A model generated the notes under the pieces. The model was given only the letters and a program-made list of their open reading frames with translations, ran no database searches and had not been told where the DNA came from. The position numbers were made by a program, and so were the translations under genes. A stretch of 57,269 nucleotides of DNA, counting the filler, from Platydemus manokwari (Eukaryota), in assembly GCA_037951405.1 (NCBI GenBank). It is 5 parts of 5 records of this genome, joined end to end, with 100 filler letters (N's around TTAATTAATTAA, not from the genome) between each part and the next. Parts side by side here need not be neighbours in the genome. Positions count along the whole stretch, not along the records: positions 1 to 11,318 come from JBBMOY010767759.1; positions 11,419 to 25,296 come from JBBMOY011589188.1; 3 more parts are not named here. One strand, given 5' to 3'. Positions 1 to 12,206 of the stretch are shown here, piece after piece. The number at the start of each line of letters is the position of its first letter. Position 1 is the first letter of the stretch.

Positions 1-394
1 TATCTTGTTCAGACATTTATTGTAATCTCTCATTTAAAAAATCGACATGTGTTAAAATATTTAAAGATGGAATATTTGTTTAAATAATATTTAATACGAA
101 ATATATTATTACACATTACGAATTATGAGTTTTGATTTTAACCTTAAAAGCGAAGAGGTCTTAGCAGCTAATAATGGGTATTGACTGTATTGATCATGTT
201 TATTCACGTAATTAGATTTGTAGATATTCATGTTGTTTTTTCTCATCTTTCACTGACAATGGTTGGAAGGATACGAGATATTATAAAATGCATACATTTC
301 TAAACGAGATTAACATATTGAATGATGGTCATGTCACCTTTTTTCAAAGTATTATGTTTAAACTAGTTGATTGTGGAGTTGGATATTTATTTGT

Positions 395-960
395 AAGAAA
401 TTAGTATTAGACAATACTAATGAGATTTAAGAAACTGCCAGATCTATAAATAACGAAAGAGAGTTTTGCATAGGATCAATCTATAATTTGATCACCAGAC
501 GACACCTAGTAAAGAGACAATAGTAATCCATAACTCGTCTTATTATTCAATTATCGTTGAGGATTATTCATAAATGAATCGATTATCGTTGGTTTGCGAA
601 CGCCGCCACGAATGAAATTTGATAACAAATCACGTGATTTGGTTCGTGATGTTGGAATCGGTTGAACTGAGTATTTCAATATTTTAATTTAATATATCAA
701 TCTTTATTGCGAAACCACTGATATTTTCCAGAAATGATTTCGTTTCAGTGATGGTTAGAAGTTTGAGAAGTAAATTTGCTAAACAATGATTAAATCTCTT
801 GCGAGTTCATTTGTGCCGATATAGTACTGAAAAGATGATTTGAGAACTTGTGATTTGTAAAAAACATAAAAGGAGCTCTTCTCACTTTGAGGGAACTCGA
901 TTATCGATTATTTGATCTCGGTGTATTTCCAATTTGCTAGAAGTTTATTTAAAATATAAT
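395..960 (-). mobile_element. Highly decayed LTR-retrotransposon gag/protease remnant
   Basis: The minus strand at ~417-453 reads LFID(S)GSFLNLIS after repairing a 1-bp deletion (retropepsin D-S-G motif). It is preceded by a broken Cys-rich knuckle-like stretch. Many stops. Confidence 0.35.
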
Positions 961-1559
961 TGCTTTTCTTGTTTTCTAGCCAATTGCACTCATTCAACTT
1001 TATGTCATTTTATAAACATCATTGCCAATGAGATACAATTTTTATCAGAAAATTCGGCTCAAGTTAAAAAAATAGGGTGCTAAAATAAAATTTTAAAATT
1101 GTGGAGTGAATTGTAAAAATCTATAAAAGTTATTTAATTAAACTCTTTAATAACATTTTGAATTTTTTATTTATGTACTTGAGGAAAATTTTAGTTATTT
1201 AGAATCAAATAATACATGCACAGGATTTTAAAAATCTCCTGAAAATTAATTATTTTAAAAACGGGTCAAAGTAAGCCAAATTGCGATTAGTTGAAAATTA
1301 GCGAGGACCCCTTCTTTTAACATTAGAAGCAATTGGAATGATATCTAAGATTTTTACAGTTATTTTATAAAGAAGTGACTTCGAAATTATTGAGCAGTGA
1401 CAGGAACAAGGTACTTGTGTTTTCTCTCAAAATAAGTATTTTAATATCTATTTAATAAACTGGATACATAGATCCCAAACCTGTCAATGTTGTAATGAAA
1501 TAAAGATTTGATCCATATCAAATAAAGATGCCACAAATGTTTAAGTTCCGGAATAGGGA

Positions 1560-2240
1560 TTTGGTTCAATAATTTAGCCTTGTCACTTTTCGACATTATA
1601 TATAAAGTATTTTTGATGCATGGAGCTCACACAAAAAATTATATTTACAAAATGATATCCATTAGTAAACTGACAGTCAACAAATATTGACAATTTTTAT
1701 TAAAATAAAACCAACAATTTAAAATTATTTATTGAGATACAAAATTTGTAGATTCCTTGCCACTGAAGAAATATCTTGCCATAGAAATATAATTCCAGCT
1801 CTAAATATGGACATAGAAATTATCGAGAAATGTTTTGAAAGTGCAAGATATAGTAGCTGGCATAAAACACAAAGAATTTGTTTAAATAAACCAGAGATGA
1901 TTGTGGCTCTGCTATTTGGAGCTTAGCAACAGTTATCGTATTTTTGTTACTTAACCATTTGTGGGCTTTCAAATAAACGTTTACATGTTTTGTATTTTGT
2001 TTTTCGAACAACAAAAATATATTAATTTTTGTTCATAAATATCCAACACAAATAAAAATAAAATAAATTCCTTGCAGCCTGGCAAAGCATCATCGAATAA
2101 AGAAATTAACCGAAGTCTGCATTCGAGCTCTAACACGATAAATTCCAGTTCCACAATCAAATCTAAATTTATCGGTGTTCCCAAATATGGAGGAATCAAT
2201 GCTTATGTCAGTTCCATGGAAACGTCAAGCGGGTACATCT
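1560..2240 (-). pseudogene. Possible decayed rhodopsin-type orphan GPCR (TM5-TM7 part)
   Basis: Frameshifted segments INIFLL..TKHVNVYLK, CFMPATI and SINNF resemble TM5/IC3, TM6 and TM7 of the intact GPCR at 27270 (INLVLIHALINHSKYLKK). Multiple stops and frameshifts. Confidence 0.3.
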
Positions 2241-3059
2241 ATTTTTAATGTTGTTTTATTTTTAACTTTATTTTTAAAATTATTTTTTGTTTAAATTATG
2301 TGTTCATGTAGAGATAAATATAAAAATCAGTTCTGCGGTTATCAATATCTTCACAACGGACCGAAATGTATGAAAAATGTAATGACTAAGATTATGGTCA
2401 ATTCAATAAAAATACCAGAATATTCACAAAACATTTAAATGTAGAAACCATTGTTAGCAGTGGCTTAAAATTATATTTTATCACCACGTTCAAACAAAAT
2501 TTACAAGGTTTTTAACATAAATTTATTTTTTATTTAATTTATTTACTTAAAAGTATTTTCTCATAATCTTCTGATTCTCGGAATCGATGATATCGTATAA
2601 TAGCCACAGAAACACCCAATTTTATAATTTATGGATCTGGTTTTAAAATTTTATAATATAATCTTATGGAATAAATAAATAAAATATATAATTGTATTAC
2701 AATAAGATAGATCAATAAACAATGAAAATGATCAATAAATAAGTCACAATAAAAATATAACCAAAACGATTAAATTGCCAAGATTTTATTCGAATTAATT
2801 TGGGTTCTAATATGCTAGAACCAATTAAATATTATGTATTCTATTGCCTCCTCTGTCCGAAAGAACCCTATCGGTGCTTATAAGCATTGTAAATGTTTAG
2901 GCACTAGGTGTGGTCGTAATTATGAAATTTACGCATTAATTAGTTACTGCGATTTTCCGGCTTAGTTGAACGGACTCCAAGCTAAGAAATAACGAGGTAA
3001 TCAACAACTAAAAGAATAAAAAATAAAAACTCTAGATGGTTAGGAATCAGTAATCATTT

Positions 3060-3440
3060 TACCTGTATACTTCACCACTATACTTTACTTTAGGATTCAC
3101 AAAAATTTGTAATTTCTTAAGATAGTGAATTGTAGATCCAAGTGTCACCGGAGAAGACAATATTAAATTTCTAAATAGTTCTTGTGGACTTTATAGTTCA
3201 CCAAGGGGCACTAGGATTCGGTGTCTCCTGTTATTTTTAGTTTGTTGTTTTGTTTTGTAGAAAATTCTCCGACTTGATTTTATACTGGAAGACAAGTGAA
3301 TTTGTGTGGTGTTGCTTATTTTATTTCTTGTGCGGAGTTGCTTAAAACTCTTTTACTTTTGCATTTTTAAAATGGTTTATAGAAGTAGTTAACTCTTATT
3401 TGTGGTTTTGCTGGGCATGGGGTCTGTACCCAATAGTATT
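3060..3440 (-). mobile_element. Possible L1/Tx1-like LINE ORF2 C-terminal (zf-RVT-like) remnant
   Basis: Across frameshifts: FQYKI...KLKITGDTES*CPL...DTWIY, which resembles the zf-RVT pattern. Confidence 0.25.
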
Positions 3441-4205
3441 TTCAAACTTTTTACTTGTCCAAATGGAAACTTGGTATCTGTATTATCTTTAATAATATTA
3501 TTAATACTATATTCTTACTCATCATAAAATCGCAGCACTGTTATTTCTTAACCTTTCCGAACCGATCGATATACTTAATGAATGTTTGTACCAGAACAAT
3601 CCAATCTTTCATAAAACGTTTTATAAAGTTTAAAGATAAAATTATTATAATTATCTGATATTAAAATCAGAACTCATTGAAACCTCATATAAATACATAG
3701 GTAGAGCTTCTAACCATTAATAATATAGATTACCAAGGCAAAATGAAATGTTAGGGATAAAGGGAAATAAAAATGAATTAAAAAGGGAAATCATCCTATT
3801 CATTATCACCACCAATATATAGATAATAAAATGAACGATCTTCTTTTCATTTTTTTACGAAATCTGTGAATATAAAGAGGTTTTATTTATAAGGGATTTA
3901 AATTAAACAACCCGCTCTTGTTATAAATCTGATTAATTTTCTGTTCTATAAATTTATTATCTTTTTTCACATTTCAAAGTGAGGTCTTTAAAATTTTTGA
4001 AAATGTTAAAATCTGTCAGTCATGAAGCCATCAAAATACTAACACTTTGTAAAATCATTACCCCTATAAACAAAATGAAGTCATCCAATAAAAATCAAAT
4101 TAATATATTGACAAAAAAGCTTTATTTAAAAAAATCATCTTTCGAACTACTTACAATTTAAAAGTATATTATATTCAAGCACAATAATTTTCTGAATAAA
4201 TTTAG

Positions 4206-4530
4206 TCCATTAACTCCTGGTTATTTCGGATCGTCTCAGTTTTATACTCATTCCTATCAAAGACATGAAGACAACAGTTATGACCAAGGAAATCTCGCTC
4301 GAAACCTATTCAAAAGTCATTATTATATCGACAATCAACAGAACCCAGGGGATATCAATGATAAACCTAGCAGTTATAAACAAAATCAGAAACGATTTTT
4401 AAAGCCACCATCAAATCGTTATATTTGGCGCAGTGTTTCTAGTAAATGTTTAGATAGGACCAAAGTAATCCAAGAGGACAGTGGTACAAAAGCCAATAGC
4501 ACTTATTTATCAACGGCTAATGAAGAATAA
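4206..4530 (+). CDS. Possible orphan terminal coding exon (unknown protein)
   Basis: Stop-free frame 4162-4530 with no start codon, so absent from the ORF track. TTTAG acceptor ends at 4205, TAA at 4528-4530, AATAAA ~20 nt downstream. Confidence 0.3.
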
Positions 4531-4946
4531 TTATTATAATGTGACATCCAATAAACAATTTTCAATCTCACATCAGACAAAAGTCATTTACCATTGTTGT
4601 CATTGAGATTTTGAAGAAAATTTTCATAAGATTTTCTAATATTTTGTTACATTTTCCAATAAAAATTTGATGTTTTTAATTAAAAATAAGTTGGTTTTGT
4701 ATCCAGTGGACTCCACCAATTTGTCCGATAAAAGATTCACTTTGGCTTATTTTGAGTTATGGCTTGAAATTATGTGCCATTCGAACTATTGGTTTATGAG
4801 TTTTGATGATGTTTGATATGAAAACACAACCGGCTATTTATGGGAGTGTCTAATTATTAAAGGTGTGTATGTATGAAAGGAGGAGAGCGCCGAAGAAATA
4901 TGAAAAATAACTAGTTTGGGAAACTCGTATAAAATAATAACTTATA

Positions 4947-5093
4947 ATGGAAAAGATGATAAGAAATGTTATTAGTAAATATGAGGTGTGCCAAAAATCG
5001 AAAGTGCTAACTAGTGTAACGAAAGTGAAATCAAAATTATTATAAGCAAAAGAACCTTTCGAGAAAATATATATTGATGTTTGTGGACTTTGA
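4947..5093 (+). mobile_element. Ty3/Gypsy integrase fragment
   Basis: Translates MEKMIRNVISKYEVCQKSK...*AKEPFEKIYIDVCGL*: end of the HHCC zinc finger and the PFExIxID(first catalytic D)xxG motif. Confidence 0.7.
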
Positions 5094-6199
5094 AATTAAT
5101 CAAATAGAGAAGGTCAACATATTTTTATTTGAAGAAATGTTAATCATAGTTTCAAATTTTGGGAAAATATTAAGTTATATAGCTTATTACAACTACCTTT
5201 TAAATTGATTTGCGATTATCGAAGGAATTTGAATATTTGTTCCTGGTTTGACCTTTGGTATTATGGTAATCTCAGGATTCTAAATCCATCCTTCAGTTCT
5301 TTTTTAATCGGGTATGTTTTCTTTTCTCATTTATTTTTTCAATTGGCTGGGAGGAAAATTCAAATTTCCTAATAATTATTATAATGAATAATTTTAAATA
5401 ACAATTTTAAGAAAATAATTTTTAAATACTTAAGTAATTATTAAATGATTCAAATATTTTTATCTACAGCTGATTAAGATTGATGATGGAACGTCTCTAG
5501 AAAAGGAATTTTAATTTGTTTTAAAAATGTACTGATTGTTGGCATTAAATAAATATTAAGAAAATCGTAATAATGACTTCTTTTGTTGAAACATCAATTT
5601 CATGTGAAGTAACCGCTACTAACATTAACCACTGCTACTAATTGTTTTGGTCCTTAATTTCACTCACCGATTCCTTATTCGTCAAATCATGCTTCTTTGT
5701 TGTGGTCTAATATCTAGCAATCTCCAAGTCGATATTTTTCAATTCTCATGAACCCTATGTGCTGACAGTGATGTATATATTTTCATTCTCTAGTGCACTC
5801 TCAGATTCTTCACTTTCTGAGTAGAGTATCATTTAGACTGTGTTGTTCCAACAATTGCAATTCCATATTAAACCTAGCTTTATACAATTTACAAAATCTC
5901 AATTATAAACCAGTAAAAAAATTGTAAAGAGATAGCAGCAGTTTACATCGTAAAATAGGTTTAATATCAATATCCATGTGGGACAATCATCACTGTTTAA
6001 TGGTTGCTATTTTTGGGATTCAAGCAAGCAAGAGATCATTCAAAGATTAATTCAATTACTGATATTTTTAAACTAGAATAGCATTGGTGCCGTTATGGTG
6101 TTCTGTTGAAGGTTTGTTAACGAGTTTTATCTAAATATAAATAAATAGAGAACATGAGTTTAGGATGGCAAATTAATTAATTCATTATGATCAGCATAA

Positions 6200-6350
6200 A
6201 AATAAACATAATTTTTAACAATGGTAATAATAATAAAAATCGTAATCATTATAATAATAATAATAATAAACATATTTTTTAACAATAATGATAATAATAA
6301 TAATCGTAATCATAATTAAAATCATGATTATCATAAGAATATAATAATGA
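6200..6350. repeat. (AAT)n-rich tract containing a ~48-bp imperfect direct duplication
   Basis: ataaacata-ttttaacaat...aataataa..atcgtaatcat occurs at ~6202-6249 and ~6266-6313. Confidence 0.6.
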
Positions 6351-6599
6351 TAGTGCTTCGTTATCAAACAACAATTTGAATCTACAAAACTGTATTAACT
6401 AAAATGATACACTTCAAATCTCAGTAATAACAAAGACAACAACAAATCTTGAAGCAATTCACAAAGAAAATCATTCAAGATGGGATCAGCGCCCAAAAGT
6501 CCAAAACAGAATGAAGAGTGATCAAAAATACTGATTATTAAAATCACACATAAGCTAAGCACTGAAGTTGCCGACCAAAAAAGACTGACAAGAATCCAT

Positions 6600-6780
6600 G
6601 GAATTCAACATCTTTTATACACCCATCGAGTGTGTCTGCTTAATGTCACTGATCTTCGTTTTCAATTTGATGAATTTGTTTGTGGATCGATTCACATGAG
6701 ATTTTCCTTATATCTGCCGTGCCCTTTGGCAGATATTTGGACTTGCTGCCCATTGTAGCTGATTCTGTCAATTCTTTTTT
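6600..6780 (-). mobile_element. Possible non-LTR retrotransposon RT domain 1-2 fragment
   Basis: Minus strand YLPKGTADIRKISCESIHK resembles the xIPK...xRPISC motif. Confidence 0.3.
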
Positions 6781-8309
6781 AAAATATGGATTAACATTAG
6801 AATGTATCTAATTTGTTAACGCTACGTGTGTTTATCGGATTTGTGTGTATTGACCTTTTTTAGGGTTCTTTCGTTGGTAATTCTGACTCCTTTTGATTTG
6901 TGATATATCCAACTATAGCAATAGCAATAATAATAAAATAATTTTATACGTGAATGTGTGTTAGAACAGTGATGATTGTCAGATTTTTGTCTTTAACCAT
7001 GATTCTCAAATTGTCAATGGTCCCTAAACCTCGACCAAAGACGGGTTATATTGAAATAGTATTTGGGAAACTTCAATGTTGAATGAATACTCTAAAATCA
7101 CTTATATTTATGATAAATGCACTTCCTAATAATATCCAATCCGATAGTCCTGTTTATTGATTATTTTACCTTTCAGTTTATTTACAAGTAATGACATTGT
7201 TACTAATTTTGGTAAATTTAGAATTGCTTGACATGATGTCCTGTCCATATTCATCTCCAAATAATGCAATATTCATCACAATGTCCTCTTAATTTAACCA
7301 GGATTTAATTAAATTATTGACGGAGACTGAATAAAACGAAAGTTATTTTCATAATAAATTTCTTTATCATGAGCGTGTCCTCAAACCAGATTTCGGAGGG
7401 TTTTACTACAAATAGTTTTGATTTACACTCATCTATTGATATAAAAATAAAATTAACATCGATTATTATAAAAAGACAAATTAAGATCGATTAAAATGTA
7501 TCAAAGTTATTTTATCAATGGTGCTTTTAGAATTGAGTTAGAAAATTCATTTTCTTAAACAAAAAAATCGATAAAAATTTTATTGCATGTTCATAACAGA
7601 ATAGATATATCGATATCTTTCTAAATATATAAAATTAATACAGGAGCAAGATATTCATGATGTGGAGTATAATCAATTCATTCTTCGATGGATACCATTT
7701 CCACTTCATCAAATCAAAGAGTTAATATATTTTTATAAATATTTTAATAATTCAGTCACTAGATATCAAGCACATATATATATGATTTCTCCAATATAGC
7801 GATAAATATAGCATATTTTCGAATTACTTTTAATAAAATTATACATATATGTGAAAGATTTTATATTATATACCAAAAATTATCGATTATCATTATATAT
7901 AAATAGCTGGATATATTGATTACTTAAAAGTTACAAACCAAAACTCTTTGGAAAATATTAAAGATTGTTTAGCTTATCACTGTCGATAAAAAAGCCAATA
8001 CATTGTATGTACAGGTGATGTTTTCTATCATAACATTGAGCAAAGATGAAAAATAAAAAGAAAAATGATTTTGCACCTTGGAACTCTTGTTTTGTTACTT
8101 TGAATATAGGCATATTTACACAACAATAAAGGCAGAGCGATTATTAAATCCGTGAAGATATAAATGAAAGATTCATTTTTGAAAAATGGACATTACTCCT
8201 TAGTAACAGAACACATGGATTAGGTAACCCCAATGATGTAAATTTGACAAATACAATCGAAACTTGAAAAACAAAATATCTACTCAAAATGTGACAAAAT
8301 TACTTACAA

Positions 8310-8670
8310 AATCTTAAGTATAAGTGAAGATGTAAAGATGGCCAACTACCAATTAAGTTTCGACCAGTACGATGTTTAGTCTGCTTGATTTGTCGAGTCT
8401 TTTAATAATTATTGCCGTTGATAAAGTACTTGGTGAGTAGCACTATTTGATGAAAATATAGTGTACAATCTTCAATTACTCTGGACTGAACATTAATGTT
8501 TTGGATCACTGGGGAATTACAACAAGTACTTTTATCGCTAGAATATCGAGTACTTTAAATTTCTAAACAGTTTGAAAGGAATAAAGGAATACAGATTTAA
8601 TAAAAAAGATCTCGTCCAAGCTACCTTCACCTGAAAATCTTTATTATTCTGCATTGAAACTGAAGGACTA
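8310..8670 (+). mobile_element. Possible decayed non-LTR retrotransposon RT
   Basis: SEDVKMANYQLS / FRPVRCL resembles K..ANYRPIS; further on, LPSPENLYYSALKL resembles the LSPxLF domain-4 motif. Many stops. Confidence 0.3.
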
Positions 8671-10390
8671 TAAAGCACACGAAACAATTATTTTATGAAA
8701 AACGATATCTAATCAAGGTTCAAACGAAAAAGACACTGAAATTTTACTTTCCTAAACATATGCAAAGAATTACATAGATTTCAATCACTTCTATAAATCT
8801 ATCATAAGTAAACGCAATGACCATATTTTGATCATATAATTGAATGACAATTTTTATCATAAACTGAAAATAATCAACAGATTGGTGTTCAGTATTTTAC
8901 GAAATCGAAATTCCAATACAAGAATTGGGGCTCAATCCGATAAAGTCAGAAGAATCAAGGTTATCAAACATTACAGGAAGCAAAAATTATCGATTAATTG
9001 AATAGCGGGTTTGATAAAACCGACAATAAACAGACAATCGCACAATAGTTAAGAAATGTCCTGAAACAGATTTCATGAATTAGAATTAATATATAATAGA
9101 ATTATAATCATAGGAAAGGCATTGTATACAAATAACTTCACACCTACCCAGATAAGCAAATACCAGCGAGTCATAAACTAATTTACTCAGCACGAAGAAG
9201 CATTAACTGAATTAAGCACTCACTAATTAATATTCGCAATTACACGTGGTGTGAGTTTACAACATAAATTTACATTAGAAGTGTTTCGTAAGTAGTATCT
9301 TGTTACTAATTTTTTCAATTCATTTCCTTTCAATTGGCAACGCTTTCTTGCATTGGAATATGATTTCTTTACAATTTTTATTTTTCGTAAACTCAAATAA
9401 TAAACCCAAAAGATTTTACGACAAAAGGGATAATATGATTAATAAAGGTTTTGTTTTGTAATCTTTTAATTTTATTCTTATATCATTCTCATAAAGAATT
9501 GTAGTTAGTTGCCAGTATTGCAAATAGAAATTACTAGCAGTAAAATATAACTTAAATAATGAATTAAAGTTATAACAAGTTATTGATATCAGATGCTAGG
9601 AGAAAATGCAATGTCATGAAAAGAAACAGTAATAAAAACTTATGATTTAAATTATATAGCACAAGACGAGATAGAACAGGTGATAATTGATCTTTCTAAC
9701 ACGGGAATTATGCCAATCCAATATCTGAAGCACAGTATTACAATTTGGAAGAACAAATACAAAAATGGAGAATGCTGGAAATAATTTATGGTTCAAATCG
9801 CCTATCCGGTTAAAACACAGGATACTTTATACCGGTCGGAAATATTCGATTCAACACTATAAAGTTTAAGGTAATTAAAAATAGAAAAAATATCTTAAAC
9901 CTGATAAATCGAATTATTAACAATGGAAAATGAAATGAACAATTCAATAAATTATCCAGCCAATAGTAAACATTATGGTAGAGTCTTGAAAATCATAATT
10001 ATATTTAATGAAGACGTACTTACGGATTTATATAAATTTTAATAAAATATAATATAATATAAAATTTCCGCATTAATTGAGATAATCAATTGATACACGT
10101 TTTACACAAAACCAAATCACTTCATTAACAAATAATGTTTTTTTGAAATTCTTAGATTTTTCAACCAATTATAGATGAAAATTTAAATGAAACACGAAAA
10201 GAAGGAAAGGCTTGATTCACCGGATATGATAAATTTATATAGGTTAATATCTTTGGATTTGGGTTACCTATAAAAATGAGAGAGGAATATTGCTAGGAAT
10301 TATCAAAATTATATATTATCAGAAATACAGAAAATTTCGGGTATATTTTAATTTCAGTATCAATACAATAAGGACACAGGCCTCGAATAG

Positions 10391-10561
10391 TGTCAAAATA
10401 AGAAAATTAGGATCAAGTCCTAACGCGTCTTCTCAATACTTTAGTTCAGAATATATTCCCGGCGAATATTACACTGCGATACTACACGATTACTAACTAG
10501 CACATTGCTAATACACTACATCAACAATGCTTTCTACTCGCTTACTACTACACTTGTCACA
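10391..10561 (-). mobile_element. Possible solo LTR (~170 bp)
   Basis: On the minus strand begins TGTGACA and ends TTTTGACA; GC-richer than flanks. No TSD seen. Confidence 0.25.
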
Positions 10562-11318
10562 GAGATAAATACTCGAAAAGTAAACATCTTACCTTTTAGT
10601 AGCTTTATTGAAATGATGTAAATACTTCTTTTTAATAAACGTATCGTTTCCGTGTGCATCCTGTTTTTCAAACTTATAAGGACATTGTTGAGTGTGACGG
10701 AATTCTCCAAGACAAAATGGATTCATAACTTGGATCACTTGTATAGCAATCAATCAATCACAATATAGTGAGCTAGTAATCGACAATTGGGAAAAGAGGC
10801 ATAACCATGCATCAACGCACACATATGGACTGACTAATCTCACTAATTGAAAAATTTAAAATCCAAATAGGAATATGGAAAAGCAAATATCGACTCGGAA
10901 TGTGATACAACATGGCACAAAAATTGCACAAATCCCAAGTATAAAAATCGATGTAAAGTTGAAGTATAGTTTTGTTGAAATTTTGAGAATTGAAATAAAT
11001 TTCGGAGTCAGATCCAAGAGATGTCAAAGAGAACCCAACAGCATGAGTATACTATTCTGAAAATTTTTATTTTCGATTTTCAATTAAGTGTAAGTTTAGC
11101 ACATACTATTTATGCAGTATTTATTAATTAGCCTCAAAAATTATTATTTCATTTCATTACGATTAATATATATAATTTTGACGTAATTTACTTTTATTTC
11201 ATTGATTTATTATCAATTTCCAATCAATATTGTTTATTATTATGATTATAAGATTTATTAAAATACAAATTTGGTAATTTTCTCGGTTTGAATTTGACCT
11301 GCATGGGTCTGAATGCTT

Positions 11319-11418
11319 NNNNNNNNNNNNNNNNNNNNNNNNNNNNNNNNNNNNNNNNNNNNTTAATTAATTAANNNNNNNNNNNNNNNNNNNNNNNNNN
11401 NNNNNNNNNNNNNNNNNN
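11319..11418. other. Artificial contig linker
   Basis: 44 N + TTAATTAATTAA (stops in all six frames) + 44 N. Confidence 0.98.
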
Positions 11419-12206
11419 GGAGTCAGTAGAGAGCTGTTTAAGTGTCAGAGGTTATTTGTGTTTATGTCGAACATTTTATTTGGTTGTTTCAAGGTTAACT
11501 TGTGTAATTGTGATAAATAGATTATTTATAATTGTTTGCCATTTTTATATTCAACAATTATCAGTTAATCAAGGAATACATTTATTTCTTAAAAACTTTT
11601 TTAAAATATTTGGCCAGAATTTTATATCGTTGTTATTATAAAAAACTTCAGACACACGGCTATTTCTAGTTTAATGATCTTGTAAATTAATATAAGGGAC
11701 TAGTTTTCGGTTCCTCACTTTCATTTTTATTGAGTGTTCTTCGATTACCTAGGCGACAAACCATTTACTGTTCTCTGAAGGGTACTATACTTCCACAATA
11801 GATTTGCAAAAATTTATCTGCTAGCTGCTACATTAACCAAATACAATGTATTGCCTTGTGTCTTAATTGCTTATTATTGCCTCATAATTTAGAATTTATA
11901 TTTCAAATATTATTTTGTCGTTATATTGTGGTGATTATCAACGGCAATAACCTTTATCTGTTTGGAGTTCAGATGATAAAGGTAAAAATTTTAAAACTCT
12001 TAAACTTAATTTAATTTAAGCGCCTATCAGAACATCTTGACAGATATTATATTGGCATTTTGAATCTAAATCCCACATTATTATATGAATTTCGCAAATC
12101 TTTAACACGATTATCAACAATCATAAAATTAAATAAATAGAAATAGAAATTAAAAATAAAAAAAAATTATGCTATATTTCTTTATTTACAGTTTCTAAGC
12201 GCTTCT

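Noticed and set aside
6980-7300. Minus-strand WILLGSAF / VFGRGLGTI resembling a Gypsy protease-RT linker
   Set aside because: Too degenerate to call reliably.
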